Shown here piece by piece: positions 1 to 10,326 of a stretch of DNA of 64,000 bases (within the stretch, counting starts at the first letter, position 1; each line of letters opens with the position of its first letter). The position numbers and the translations under genes were made by a program. Below the pieces are notes generated by a model. The model did no database searches and was not told where the DNA came from. It saw only the letters and a program-made list of their open reading frames with translations. This DNA comes from Chlorobiota bacterium (lineage in GTDB: Bacteria > Bacteroidota > Ignavibacteria > Kapaibacteriales > UBA2268): the NCBI GenBank assembly GCA_034670025.1, contig JAXMOE010000001.1, positions 229,889 through 293,888 of the forward strand, read 5' to 3'.

Positions 1-1
1 A

Positions 2-1276
2 GATAAAATTAGCTATGAAAGGAAAACAGATATAACAACCGTTGATTTTTTCTTGAATTTTAATCTTTTTCCTCGTTCACAAATTAATTACTATCTATTT
101 GTTGGTTACTCAGTACTTTCATTCCAAAATGAAGATATAGACAACAGTCCGCTTGATCCAGGTGGTGATAAAATACATTATAGAGATTTTAAAGATCAAG
201 ATGAATTTGATTTTCACTTAGTAGGTGGAATGGGAATAGATTTTTTTATTATTCGTAATCTTTCTTTAGGTGCATTTGCCTCTTATAGATTACTCAATAC
301 TGATATGATTGATGGTTATGCTCAAATCCCGCCAGGTGGTTCTACATCGAATACAGACGGAATAGCTGAAAGTGGGTTGAAGCTGTCCTACTATTTGTTT
401 AATGACAATGATCATGATTCAGATGGTTTGACTAATGAGCAAGAAGCAGCATTAGGTACAAATCCTTATAAGGCTGACACAGATGGAGATGGAATACCAG
501 ATAATTTGGAAATAGAACTGTATGGCTCTGACCCAACAAAAGTTGATAGTGATGGAGATGGAATGACAGACGGGGAAGAAGTTGCAAATTCGTCAAATCC
601 AAATAAAAGTGATTCTGATGGAGATGGAATTAGTGATTATGAAGAGTTAATGCTTTACAATTCTAACCCAAATGAAATTGATTCGGACAAAGATGGTTTG
701 ACTGACATCGAAGAAGTCCAAAAAGGTTCAAACCCAATGAATGGAGATACAGATGGAGATGGAATACCTGATTTGTTAGACAAGTGTCCATCAGTATTCG
801 GAATCAAATTATTAGATGGTTGTCCGCAAACAGAAGCTTTAGTAAAAGAAGTCCAAATTAGAGATACTGTTAGAATACAGTCACCACCTGATACTGTAAT
901 AATAGTCCAAGAAATTGAAAAAATAAAAAAAGGTGATACCTATAAACCAAAGGGTATTCACTTTATAACAGGTAGTGCTGAAATTAGGGTAGAATCAGAA
1001 CTGATATTAGATGATATTACAAATTGGTTAAACAGAAATGAGAGTATTTCAGTTGAAATCCAAGGTCATACCGATAAGGTTGGTAGCGAAAATGCTAATA
1101 TGAAATTATCAAAAGAAAGAGCTGAAGCCGTAATGTATTATCTTATAAAAAATGGTATTTCTCCGACAAGGTTGAAAGCAAAAGGATTTGGGGAAATGAA
1201 ACCTATTGATAATTCTGGAACAGATAAAGGCACTGCAAAAAATAGAAGAATTGAATTTAAGATAATGGAAAATTAA
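2..1276 (+). CDS. OmpA-family outer membrane protein with thrombospondin type-3 (DxDxDG) calcium-binding repeats; 5' end outside window
   Basis: Reading frame is open from position 2 with no stop before the listed Met at 53. Repeated DSDGDGxxD/DTDGDGIPD motifs. C-terminal OmpA peptidoglycan-binding signature (NRRIEF). Confidence 0.8.
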   Translation, partial: DKISYERKTDITTVDFFLNFNLFPRSQINYYLFVGYSVLSFQNEDIDNSPLDPGGDKIHYRDFKDQDEFDFHLVGGMGIDFFIIRNLSLGAFASYRLLNTDMIDGYAQIPPGGSTSNTDGIAESGLKLSYYLFNDNDHDSDGLTNEQEAALGTNPYKADTDGDGIPDNLEIELYGSDPTKVDSDGDGMTDGEEVANSSNPNKSDSDGDGISDYEELMLYNSNPNEIDSDKDGLTDIEEVQKGSNPMNGDTDGDGIPDLLDKCPSVFGIKLLDGCPQTEALVKEVQIRDTVRIQSPPDTVIIVQEIEKIKKGDTYKPKGIHFITGSAEIRVESELILDDITNWLNRNESISVEIQGHTDKVGSENANMKLSKERAEAVMYYLIKNGISPTRLKAKGFGEMKPIDNSGTDKGTAKNRRIEFKIMEN

Positions 1277-1288
1277 TAAGGTAAAAAA

Positions 1289-1319
1289 ATAGGAGATTTT
1301 TTATTAATCTCCTATTTTG
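1289..1319. terminator. bidirectional intrinsic terminator between OmpA-like gene and hslO
   Basis: Stem ATAGGAGATT / AATCTCCTAT with an A-run before and a T-run after. Confidence 0.6.
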
Positions 1320-1321
1320 AT

Positions 1322-2230
1322 TTAATTGCTATTAGCTAATGTAATTTCTTTTAGCTTCAAAAAGTCTTCTTCTTCCAACTCATATTTACTGTTGCAATAT
1401 TGGCAAATCAACTCATTTTCGTTGTTTACTTCCATTTCAGTAATTACTTTATTTGAAAAAGTCATTAAGCTACTTATAAATTTCTCTTTCGAACATCTAC
1501 AATAAAAATCAACTTGAGTTGAATCCATCACTTTATAATCAAAAGGTAATATTTCAGAGATAATTTCTTCTGGCATTTTGTCCTGAGCTAAAAGCTCCGA
1601 AAATCTGTTTAAGTTTTCAAGATTATTTACAACTTCCTTCAAATCTTCTTCTGTTGCACCAGGAAGAGCTTGTATCATTATGCCACCAGAATTTGTAATA
1701 TTACCATCATTATCAATGGCAACATCAAGAATTACGGAAGTGGGTATCTGTTCTGATTGAGTAAAGTAGTAAGCAATGTCAGTAGATATATCTCCTTTGA
1801 CAATCTCTATTATTCCTTGAGTTGGTTCTGCCTTGTTATAAAGTACCTTGTTAACTTTCAGCAAACCTAAGCCAATGAAATCTGCATTTTCTACTGAAGC
1901 TACATCTATATTTTCATCTTGAACAGCATAACCTCTTACTTCACCTACTTTTAGTGCTTCAGCAAATATTTTTTTTACAAAACCATTACTATTAGTTTCC
2001 AAAGAGACTCTTTCTTCTCCCTTTAGGGTAGAAGCAATCATAGAAGTGGCAGAAAGCAGTTTTGCTAATAAAGATGCAGGAACAAAACCTAATTCATGTT
2101 TTCTTTGTGCAGCTATAGCAGTATTAGTATTTTTAATTGCAATAGCACGAATTTGTTTGTCATTTGCCAATACTCTTACGACTCTATCTCTGAGTTTCAA
2201 CTCTCTTTTTATATCTTCTGCTGTTTTCAT
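1322..2230 (-). CDS. hslO: Hsp33 redox-regulated chaperone
   Basis: 302 aa. C-terminal zinc centre CRC...CQYC (CxC...CxxC). Hsp33-like N-terminal domain. Confidence 0.85.
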   Translation of the reverse strand: MKTAEDIKRELKLRDRVVRVLANDKQIRAIAIKNTNTAIAAQRKHELGFVPASLLAKLLSATSMIASTLKGEERVSLETNSNGFVKKIFAEALKVGEVRGYAVQDENIDVASVENADFIGLGLLKVNKVLYNKAEPTQGIIEIVKGDISTDIAYYFTQSEQIPTSVILDVAIDNDGNITNSGGIMIQALPGATEEDLKEVVNNLENLNRFSELLAQDKMPEEIISEILPFDYKVMDSTQVDFYCRCSKEKFISSLMTFSNKVITEMEVNNENELICQYCNSKYELEEEDFLKLKEITLANSN

Positions 2231-3390
2231 TTGAATGCCGGAATACCTGTAATATGTTGACCTAAAATTAGGGTGTGTATATCGTGAGTTCCTTCGTACG
2301 TATAAACAGATTCCAAATTGTTTGCGTGTCTCATGATTGGGTATTCACTCAATATTCCATTAGCGCCATGTATTTCTCTAGCTATTCTGGCTGAATCCAA
2401 TGCCATTTTAACATTGTTTCTTTTAGCAAATGATATATGTTCGGGTTTGAAATCTCCAGATTCCATTAATCGTCCTACTCTGTGTGCAATTAGCTGAGCT
2501 TTAGAAATTTCATCAAACATCCAGACCAATTTATCTTGAACTAATTGAAATCCACCGATTGGTTTGTCAAACTGTATTCTTGATTTTGCATAGTTAATTG
2601 ATGATTCATACACTTGCATAGCCGCTCCAATTGTCCCATAGGCAATACCAAATCTAGCTTGAGTAAGACAGCTAAGTGGTCCTTTTAGTCCATTGATGTC
2701 TAATCTGTTTGAATCTGGTACTTCTACATCTTGAAAAATTAATTCAGATGTAACTGATGCACGGAGCGAATGTTTATTTTTCATTTCAGGAGCAGAAAAC
2801 CCTTTCATTCCCTTTTCTACTATAAAGCCAGTAACTCTACCATCAAATTTTGCCCAAACAACAGCAACATCAGCTAATGAACCATTAGTGATCCACATCT
2901 TTGCCCCATTTAGCAAATATCCGCCATCTATTTTTTTTGCATTAGTTAACATTCCTGATGGGTTTGAACCGTGGTCTGGTTCAGTTAATCCAAAACAACC
3001 TATTGCTTCACCAGTTGCTAATTTGGGTAACCATTCTTGTTTCTTTTCTTCAGTAGCGTAAGCTTCAATTGGGTACATTACCAAAGAATTTTGAACAGAT
3101 GCAAATGAGCGGAGTCCACTATCACCACGTTCTAATTCTTGCATAGCCAAGCCATAAGTAGTGTAGTTTGCACCTGCACCACCATATTTTTCGGCTGTTT
3201 TAATTCCAAACATACCCAAATCACCTAACTTCTGAACCATATCCATAGGGAATGTTCCATCCATGTAGTGTTTTTCGATAATTGGCATTACTTCATCGTC
3301 CACAAACTCACGTACAGTTTGTCTAACCATTAACTCTTCAGAGCTATATAGCTCATCAATTCTAAAAAAATCTGTTCCTTGAAATGACAT
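2227..3390 (-). CDS. acyl-CoA dehydrogenase (glutaryl-CoA dehydrogenase-like)
   Basis: FGLTEPDHGSNP and WITNG motifs typical of ACAD-fold enzymes. 387 aa. Confidence 0.85.
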   Translation of the reverse strand: MSFQGTDFFRIDELYSSEELMVRQTVREFVDDEVMPIIEKHYMDGTFPMDMVQKLGDLGMFGIKTAEKYGGAGANYTTYGLAMQELERGDSGLRSFASVQNSLVMYPIEAYATEEKKQEWLPKLATGEAIGCFGLTEPDHGSNPSGMLTNAKKIDGGYLLNGAKMWITNGSLADVAVVWAKFDGRVTGFIVEKGMKGFSAPEMKNKHSLRASVTSELIFQDVEVPDSNRLDINGLKGPLSCLTQARFGIAYGTIGAAMQVYESSINYAKSRIQFDKPIGGFQLVQDKLVWMFDEISKAQLIAHRVGRLMESGDFKPEHISFAKRNNVKMALDSARIAREIHGANGILSEYPIMRHANNLESVYTYEGTHDIHTLILGQHITGIPAFK

Positions 3391-3541
3391 TTATTTTCTC
3401 TTTTAATTAGTATTTTTACAAACATAACGAAAAAATAGTAAATGAATTTCAATATAATGAGCTAATTACATTGTTCGTTATATAAATTTTCGTATTTTTG
3501 TAATACATTGTTGGGCCAAAGAGCCCATTTTTTATTTATTA

Positions 3542-5077
3542 ATGGTAATTCGAGAAATGGCAAGAAAAAAAGCCAAACATACAATTGATAAGAAAATGAT
3601 CATAGAAGCTTTTGCTGATATGGCCAAAACTAAGAATATTGATAGAGACCTATTGCAAGGTGTATTGGAAGAGACGTTGTCCATGATAGTGCGTAAAAAG
3701 TACGGAATGGAAGCAAATTTTGATATTATCGTAAATATGCAACAAGGTGATATAGAAATTTATATGATGCGTGATGTAGTGGAAGAGGTGGAAGATCCAG
3801 AATTAGAAATAAGTATGGAACAAGCTAATTTGCACGCGCAAGAGGGTGAAGAATATGAGCCAGGCGAAGAGTTTATCGAAGAGATTACTCTTGATAATTT
3901 GGCTGATAACTTTGGTAGAAGACTAATTGCCTTAGCTTCTCAAAACCTAAATCAGAAAATTAGAGATATTGAAAAAGACCAAATTTATAACGAATACGTT
4001 AATAAAATTGGTGATATAATTATTGGTGAAATTTATCAAGTAAGAAGAAACGACATTCTTGTTCTGCACAATAAGGTGGAAGTAAGAATGCCGAGAGATG
4101 AACAAATTCATGGTGAATCTTACAGATATAAGAAAAATCAAACTATCAAAGCTGTAATAAAGGACGTTAGACGTTCTTCTCATGGTGGTCACCCTGATAT
4201 TATTATCTCTCGTGCTTCCAAAGAATACTTATCTAGATTATTTGAGGTAGAAATACCAGAAATATATGACGGAATTATTCAGATTAAGGCAATTGAAAGA
4301 GAAGCTGGTGAAAGATCAAAAGTAGCAGTAATGTCATTTGATGACAGGGTTGACCCAGTTGGTGCCTGTGTTGGGATGAAAGGTATTAGGATTCACTCAA
4401 TAGTAAGAGAACTGAATAACGAAAATATCGATTTGATTGAGTGGTCGGACAACGACGCAGAGTACATCAAACGTGCACTTTCACCTGCTAAGATTAAGGA
4501 AGTCCAAATTGACGAAGAGACTAGAACTGCTAGTATTGTAGTTCCTGATGATCAAGTTAGTTTTGCTATAGGTAAGAGTGGTCAGAACGTTAGATTAGCA
4601 TCTAAAATTACTGGTTATAATATTACCCTCATCAAAGAAGGCGGCGAGGACATTGACCTTGATGAATTTAAAGTTGAATTTGGTGAAGAGTTATATGAAG
4701 AGTTAGTATCTATGAAAATAGAGACTGCTAGAGAATTCTTAGAAACTGCACCAGAAGAGTTACTCGAAATTGAAGAAATGAGCAAAGAAATGCTTTTAGA
4801 GCTTAGACAGATAATTCTTATTGAATTTGATGAAAGAGAAAGTAAAGATATGATTGCACGAATTCAAAATGCTCAGATTGGTTATATCAAAGAAGAAGAG
4901 TCTGAAATTAAAGTTGATGATGTAGTTGAATCTGCTGTCGAAACTGAGACCGAGACTGTTGTTGAAACAGAAACTACAGAAGAGTCGTCAGAAACTGAAG
5001 AAGTAGCTGAAAAAGTAGTTACTCCAGAAGAGACAACATCGCCAGAAGAAGAAAGTTCTTCGACTGACGAAAAATAG
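3542..5077 (+). CDS. nusA: transcription termination/antitermination factor NusA
   Basis: N-terminal NusA domain, S1 and KH regions, acidic C-terminal tail. True start may be the internal Met near 3596. Directly upstream of infB. Confidence 0.9.
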   Translation: MVIREMARKKAKHTIDKKMIIEAFADMAKTKNIDRDLLQGVLEETLSMIVRKKYGMEANFDIIVNMQQGDIEIYMMRDVVEEVEDPELEISMEQANLHAQEGEEYEPGEEFIEEITLDNLADNFGRRLIALASQNLNQKIRDIEKDQIYNEYVNKIGDIIIGEIYQVRRNDILVLHNKVEVRMPRDEQIHGESYRYKKNQTIKAVIKDVRRSSHGGHPDIIISRASKEYLSRLFEVEIPEIYDGIIQIKAIEREAGERSKVAVMSFDDRVDPVGACVGMKGIRIHSIVRELNNENIDLIEWSDNDAEYIKRALSPAKIKEVQIDEETRTASIVVPDDQVSFAIGKSGQNVRLASKITGYNITLIKEGGEDIDLDEFKVEFGEELYEELVSMKIETAREFLETAPEELLEIEEMSKEMLLELRQIILIEFDERESKDMIARIQNAQIGYIKEEESEIKVDDVVESAVETETETVVETETTEESSETEEVAEKVVTPEETTSPEEESSSTDEK

Positions 5078-5151
5078 TATTTGTATTATCTGTTTTGTTA
5101 ATAAGATAATAGATTAAGAAAAAGAATTAGAATTAAATAAAGCACGAATTT

Positions 5152-7809
5152 ATGGCTGTGAAAAAAATTAGATTATTTAAGATTGCTTCCGAAATTAATA
5201 TCGGAAAAGAGACTATTGTCGAGTATTTGCAATCTAAAGGGCACGATATCCAAAACAAACCAACTTCTATTTTGACGGAAGAGATGGTGGATGCTGTGCA
5301 CGATAAATTCAAAAAGGAAATGCAAGCAGCCGAAAGTCAAAGAAAAAAAATAAAGAAGCATAAAGATATTCGCGAAGAGACTAAACAATTAGTTGAAGAT
5401 AGAAAGAAAGAGCGTGAAGATCAAAAACAGGCTGAAGAAGAGAAAGTAGCAAAAGTAGAAGAAGAAGCTCAGCAAAATGAAGAAGCTGAAGCTGAGACAG
5501 TTGAAACTAAAACTGAGTCTTCTGAGATTTTAGAAACGGAAGAAGAAGTTGCTGAAACTGTAGCTGAAGAAAGTTCAGTAGAAAAAGAAGATAGTAGCCA
5601 ACCCGAACCTGAAGTTGAAAAAGCTGTTGAGCCAAATGCTGAAAAAGCTAAGAAGGAAGAAAGCAAACCAAAAGCTGTCAAAGAAGAAGCCGCTGATGAG
5701 ATAAAGGGGTTAAAAGTTGTTGGCAAAATTGAAATTAAAACTGAACCAAAACGCAAGAAAAGTAGAAAGAAAAAAACTGATGAAGGTTCGGATAGCAATA
5801 AGAAGAAAAGAAAACCACGCGAAATTAATATTAGTGCTTCTGCTAACAAAGACTCTAAGAAGCCAAGTTCTAGAAGAAAGAAAAAGTCGATAAGAGATTC
5901 GATATCAGAAGAAGATGTTCAGAAGGCAATCAAGAAAACGCTTGCTGGAATGGAAGATTCGAGTGGTAGTGCAAGACAAAAAACTAGATCGAAGAAAAAA
6001 ACTGAAAGACAAGAAAAAGAACAAGTCGCAGAAGAACAAAGAGCAATAGAAGCTCAGACTCTGAAACTTACGGAATACGTAACAACTTCCGATTTGAGTG
6101 AACAGATGGGAATTGACCTCAATGAAGTAATAGTTAAATGTATGGAACTTGGGTTGATGGTAACAATCAACCAAAGATTGGATAAAGATACTATTACTGT
6201 AATTGCGGATGATTATGGCTTTGAAGTAGAATTCGTTGATGAACAAACTTTAGAAGCAATTGAAGATATTCCAGACAAAGAAGAAGATTTGAAACCACGC
6301 CCACCAATTGTAACAATTATGGGTCACGTTGATCACGGTAAAACTTCACTTCTTGATTATATAAGAAGCGCAAATGTTGTAGCTGGTGAGTCAGGTGGAA
6401 TTACTCAGCACATTGGTGCTTATATGGTTGAGTCGGAAAATAAGAAAAGAGTAACATTCTTAGATACTCCTGGTCACGAGGCATTTACTGCTATGCGTGC
6501 CAGAGGTGCTCAAGTTACAGATATAGTTGTGCTTGTTGTAGCTGCTGACGATGATGTGATGCCTCAGACTAAAGAGGCAATTTCTCATGCAAAAGCTGCT
6601 GACGTACCGATTGTAGTAGCTATAAACAAAATGGATAAGCCAGCTGCAAACCCAGATAGAGTAATGCAACAGCTTTCTGAAGAAGGAGTATTGGTTGAAG
6701 ATTGGGGTGGTAAATACCAAACTGCCAAAATTTCAGCTAAGACTGGTGATGGTATTGATTCATTGCTGGAGAAAATTTCATTAGAAGCAGAGCTGTTAGA
6801 TCTTAAAGCAAATCCTGATAGGGTTGCTCGTGGTACTGTTGTTGAAGCACACTTAGACAAAGGTTTAGGACCTGTGGCTACAGTAGTAGTTCAAAAAGGT
6901 ACACTTAAGCAGGGTGATTCGTTTATCGCTGGTACAGTATGGGGTAGAGTTAGGGCTATGTTTGACGAAAGAGACAAGAATGTAAATGACATTGGTCCTT
7001 CGCAACCAGTTAAATTAATCGGTTTCAATAGTCTTCCTTCTGCAGGCGATGTGTTTATGGTTGTAAACTCTGATACGGAAGCAAGAAATGTTGCATCAGA
7101 AAGAAATGCTCTGAAAAGAGAGCAAGAAATGCGTCAGGTTAGACATACTACTTTAGATGATATATCGAACCAAATTCAGATTGGTGGTGTTGAGATATTG
7201 AACATAATATTGAAAGCTGATGTTTCTGGTTCTTTGGAAGCACTTTCTGACTCATTACAAAAGCTTTCGAGAAATGAAGTAAGGATTAATATCCTTCACA
7301 AAGGTGTTGGTGCTGTAACTGAAAACGATGTAAATTTAGCAATAGCATCTGGTGCTATCGTTATTGGTTTCCACGTTAATGTGCCTCCTGCAATTGAAAT
7401 ACTTGCGAAAGATGAAGATGTAGAAATTAGAAATTATGATATTATTTATGATTGTATAAATGATATTACTCAAGCGTTAGAAGGTATGCTTAAACCAGAA
7501 TTTAAGGAAGAAGTTACTGCTAATGTTGAAGTAAGACAAATGTTCAAAATTAGTAGAATGGGTACTATTGCTGGTTCTTACGTTCTCGATGGTAAGATTT
7601 CTAAATCAGACAATGTCAGAGTATTGAGAAATGGATTACCTGTATTTGATGGTAAAATTAAATCTCTGAAACGTGAGAAAGATGATGTAAGAGAAGTTAA
7701 GTCTAAGTTTGAGTGTGGTATAATGCTCGAAGGATTTAATGATTATATCATTGGTGATATTTTGGAAGCTTATAAGGAAGTAGAAGTAAAACGTAAATTT
7801 AAAGATTAA
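5152..7809 (+). CDS. infB: translation initiation factor IF-2
   Basis: Low-complexity K/E-rich N-terminus. G-domain GHVDHGKTSLLD, DTPGHEAF, NKMD. Confidence 0.97.
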   Translation: MAVKKIRLFKIASEINIGKETIVEYLQSKGHDIQNKPTSILTEEMVDAVHDKFKKEMQAAESQRKKIKKHKDIREETKQLVEDRKKEREDQKQAEEEKVAKVEEEAQQNEEAEAETVETKTESSEILETEEEVAETVAEESSVEKEDSSQPEPEVEKAVEPNAEKAKKEESKPKAVKEEAADEIKGLKVVGKIEIKTEPKRKKSRKKKTDEGSDSNKKKRKPREINISASANKDSKKPSSRRKKKSIRDSISEEDVQKAIKKTLAGMEDSSGSARQKTRSKKKTERQEKEQVAEEQRAIEAQTLKLTEYVTTSDLSEQMGIDLNEVIVKCMELGLMVTINQRLDKDTITVIADDYGFEVEFVDEQTLEAIEDIPDKEEDLKPRPPIVTIMGHVDHGKTSLLDYIRSANVVAGESGGITQHIGAYMVESENKKRVTFLDTPGHEAFTAMRARGAQVTDIVVLVVAADDDVMPQTKEAISHAKAADVPIVVAINKMDKPAANPDRVMQQLSEEGVLVEDWGGKYQTAKISAKTGDGIDSLLEKISLEAELLDLKANPDRVARGTVVEAHLDKGLGPVATVVVQKGTLKQGDSFIAGTVWGRVRAMFDERDKNVNDIGPSQPVKLIGFNSLPSAGDVFMVVNSDTEARNVASERNALKREQEMRQVRHTTLDDISNQIQIGGVEILNIILKADVSGSLEALSDSLQKLSRNEVRINILHKGVGAVTENDVNLAIASGAIVIGFHVNVPPAIEILAKDEDVEIRNYDIIYDCINDITQALEGMLKPEFKEEVTANVEVRQMFKISRMGTIAGSYVLDGKISKSDNVRVLRNGLPVFDGKIKSLKREKDDVREVKSKFECGIMLEGFNDYIIGDILEAYKEVEVKRKFKD

Positions 7810-7811
7810 TC

Positions 7812-8153
7812 ATGTCACTAAGAACAGAAAAAGTAGCTAGTTTGATCAAAGAAATTGTTTCAAAACCAATTTCTGATTTAGCTATTCAAAATAAAGCAGG
7901 TATGGGAACAGTTACATCTGTGAATGTCGCACCTGATTTACAGTTGGTTAAGATTAACATTAGCTGTTTTGCTGGTAAAACTACTCCCGAGGATTTTGTG
8001 AAATTCTTAGACAATAATAAATATATTATAAAGGATTTGATTGCCAAAGAAGCAAATTTGAGATTTGTTCCAGAAGTCAAATTCTACTTAGATGACACAT
8101 TAGACCAAATGGATAAAATACAGAATATTTTAGATAAGAGTAGAAAATCATAG
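7812..8153 (+). CDS. rbfA: ribosome-binding factor A
   Basis: 113 aa, RbfA-like N-terminus (RTEKVASLIKEIVS). Lies immediately downstream of infB. Confidence 0.9.
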   Translation: MSLRTEKVASLIKEIVSKPISDLAIQNKAGMGTVTSVNVAPDLQLVKINISCFAGKTTPEDFVKFLDNNKYIIKDLIAKEANLRFVPEVKFYLDDTLDQMDKIQNILDKSRKS

Positions 8154-8882
8154 ATGCTGTTCATAAAGAAAGACACTAAGATTAGTAAAGAAGAAATTCA
8201 GAAAGAAGCCCAAGAAAATGGGCTTTTTTTATATATAGATAAAGAGCAAGATTGGACTTCACACGACGTAGTAGCTAAGTTGAGAGGTATGCTCAAGATT
8301 AAGAAAATAGGGCACTCTGGAACTTTAGACCCTATGGCAACTGGGCTTCTGATTATAGCAGTTGGCAGGGGAGCAACAAAGCAAATATCCTCACTCCAAG
8401 CTATGAGCAAAGAATATGTGGCTACTATGAAAATTGGGGCAACCACTAAAACTGATGACGCTGAGGCTGAAGAAATGAATATTACAGATATAGGTAATGT
8501 TTCTGATGAAGATGTGAATGAAGCATTCAAAAATATGCAAGGTAAAATCAGTCAAACTCCTCCCATTTATTCTGCCAAAAAGATAAAAGGTCAGAAACTT
8601 TATCAATTGGCTCGCAAGAATATTGAAGTTGAAATAGAGCCCGTAGAAGTGGAATTATACATAAATGAGGTCACTAAAATTGATTTCCCGTTTATTGATT
8701 TCGATGTACATTGCTCCAAAGGTACTTACATAAGAGCAATAGCACGCGATATTGGGAAAGATTTAGGTGTGGGTGGATATCTCACTGGTTTAAGACGCAC
8801 ATTGATTGAACAACACAGCGTAGAGGATGCTCTTACTTTAACAGAATTACAAACAATGCTTGATGAAAATGAAAGTATATAG
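8154..8882 (+). CDS. truB: tRNA pseudouridine(55) synthase TruB
   Basis: GHSGTLDPMATGLL catalytic motif. Operon position. Confidence 0.92.
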   Translation: MLFIKKDTKISKEEIQKEAQENGLFLYIDKEQDWTSHDVVAKLRGMLKIKKIGHSGTLDPMATGLLIIAVGRGATKQISSLQAMSKEYVATMKIGATTKTDDAEAEEMNITDIGNVSDEDVNEAFKNMQGKISQTPPIYSAKKIKGQKLYQLARKNIEVEIEPVEVELYINEVTKIDFPFIDFDVHCSKGTYIRAIARDIGKDLGVGGYLTGLRRTLIEQHSVEDALTLTELQTMLDENESI

Positions 8883-9810
8883 AGATTTTGATAATATAGA
8901 TTTCAATCAGAATACCGTACTTACTATTGGTACTTTCGACGGTGTTCACAGAGGTCACAAGACCGTTCTTAATAGGTTGAATGAAATTGCTCATGAGAAT
9001 GACTTGCGTTCGGTAGTAATGACTATGGATCCGCATCCTCAGATAGTTTTGCAAAAGAGTGGCAGAAAGCCAATTTCTCTACTTACTAATATTAATGAAC
9101 GAGTGTCTGAGTTCAGGAAAGCTGAGATTGATGCCTGTGTAGTTATGACTTTCTCTTATGAGTTTTCACAAATACCGGCCGAGGAATTTATACGTGATTA
9201 TTTGGTAAAAAAAGTAGGGCTTAAGAAAATACTAATCGGGTATGACCACATGTTTGGAAAGGACAGAGATGGTGACCAATCACTTTTGGAAAAGTTAGGT
9301 GAGGAATTAGGCTTCACAGTAGAACGATTAGAGCCAATGCAAGATGATGACGTAATTATATCAAGTACAAAAATTAGAAAAGCTCTTATAAAAGGTGAGA
9401 TTGAACAAGCCAATGAAATGCTAGGATATGAATACAAACTGCAAGGTACAGTTGTTCATGGTGACAATAGAGGTAAGGATTTAGGATTTCCCACTGCCAA
9501 TATACTACCTCCAAACATAAGTAAACTTGTTCCTGGCAATGGTGTATATATAGTTTCTGCAGAAATTAACGGAAAGAGTTATTATGGAATGACGAATGTA
9601 GGAACAAGACCTACTTTCCACGATGCGGATGCAAGAAATATAGAAGTACACTTCCTTGATTTAGATAAAGATTTGTATGATAGAGAAATCACAATTCAGT
9701 TTTTGAAGTTTATTCGTAACGAAAAAAAGTTCAATGGGGCAGATGAATTGGTTACTCAAATCAATAAAGATAAGCAAATAGCAATAAAGTACATAAACAG
9801 TTTAAAATAA
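8860..9810 (+). CDS. ribF: bifunctional riboflavin kinase / FAD synthetase
   Basis: GTFDGVHRGH nucleotidyltransferase motif and a C-terminal riboflavin kinase domain. Overlaps truB by 23 nt. Confidence 0.92.
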   Translation: MMKMKVYRDFDNIDFNQNTVLTIGTFDGVHRGHKTVLNRLNEIAHENDLRSVVMTMDPHPQIVLQKSGRKPISLLTNINERVSEFRKAEIDACVVMTFSYEFSQIPAEEFIRDYLVKKVGLKKILIGYDHMFGKDRDGDQSLLEKLGEELGFTVERLEPMQDDDVIISSTKIRKALIKGEIEQANEMLGYEYKLQGTVVHGDNRGKDLGFPTANILPPNISKLVPGNGVYIVSAEINGKSYYGMTNVGTRPTFHDADARNIEVHFLDLDKDLYDREITIQFLKFIRNEKKFNGADELVTQINKDKQIAIKYINSLK

Positions 9811-9880
9811 ATTTTATATAATCAAATTAAATACTTAATTTTGTGTTTATTATAAAATCGGAAATCGGAGAGTTTAGAGT

Positions 9881-10147
9881 ATGGTTACTCAAGAAACAAA
9901 AGCAATGATTGTTAAAAAGTATGGTGATTCACCAACTGATTCTGGAAAGCCAGAAGTACAGGTTGCTTTATTAACAGCACGTATCATTGATTTAACAGAA
10001 CATATTAAAGTTAATAAGAAAGACGTTCACTCTAGAAGAGGACTAATCAGCTTAGTAAACAAGAGAAGAACTCTGCTGAACTATCTTTCGAACAAAGATA
10101 TTACAAGATATCGTACTATCATTGGCGAATTGAATCTAAGAAAATAA
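9881..10147 (+). CDS. rpsO: 30S ribosomal protein S15
   Basis: 88 aa, classic S15 sequence ([21 protein letters not shown]...). Confidence 0.95.
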   Translation: MVTQETKAMIVKKYGDSPTDSGKPEVQVALLTARIIDLTEHIKVNKKDVHSRRGLISLVNKRRTLLNYLSNKDITRYRTIIGELNLRK

Positions 10148-10154
10148 TATTACA

Positions 10155-10182
10155 AGAAAACGGCCTCAAAGCCGTTTTCTTG
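10155..10182 (+). terminator. rpsO intrinsic terminator
   Basis: GAAAACGGC-ctcaaa-GCCGTTTTC hairpin followed by a T-rich tract. Confidence 0.75.
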
Positions 10183-10201
10183 TATAATGATAATATTACT
10201 T

Positions 10202-10304
10202 GCAGGTCATGTATATGAATACTCTGAATTTAGTAAAGCGTTCCTATTTGGTGGGAATTCTTTCTTAAGTTCAGAACTCGACATATACCGCCTGCTTTTT
10301 TTTA
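10202..10304 (+). promoter_or_regulatory. pnp leader: long imperfect hairpin (GCAGG...CCTGC) followed by a T8 run, 22 nt upstream of the pnp start codon
   Basis: Extended inverted repeat at 10202-10295, then TTTTTTTT at 10296-10303. Resembles the autoregulatory/attenuator hairpin known in the pnp leaders of other bacteria. Confidence 0.45.
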
Positions 10305-10326
10305 ATTAAATAATAGGTGTTTAATA

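Noticed and set aside
3505-3541. Short hairpin TGGGC-caaaga-GCCCA plus T-run just upstream of nusA
   Set aside because: Only a 5-bp stem. It could be a weak attenuator, or it could be a coincidence. Not reported as a feature.
5469-6860. Several minus-strand ORFs (5469..5849, 5905..6246, 6460..6720, 6585..6860) inside infB
   Set aside because: All antisense to IF-2, with repetitive F/L/S-rich translations. Artefacts of the K/E-rich repeat on the coding strand.
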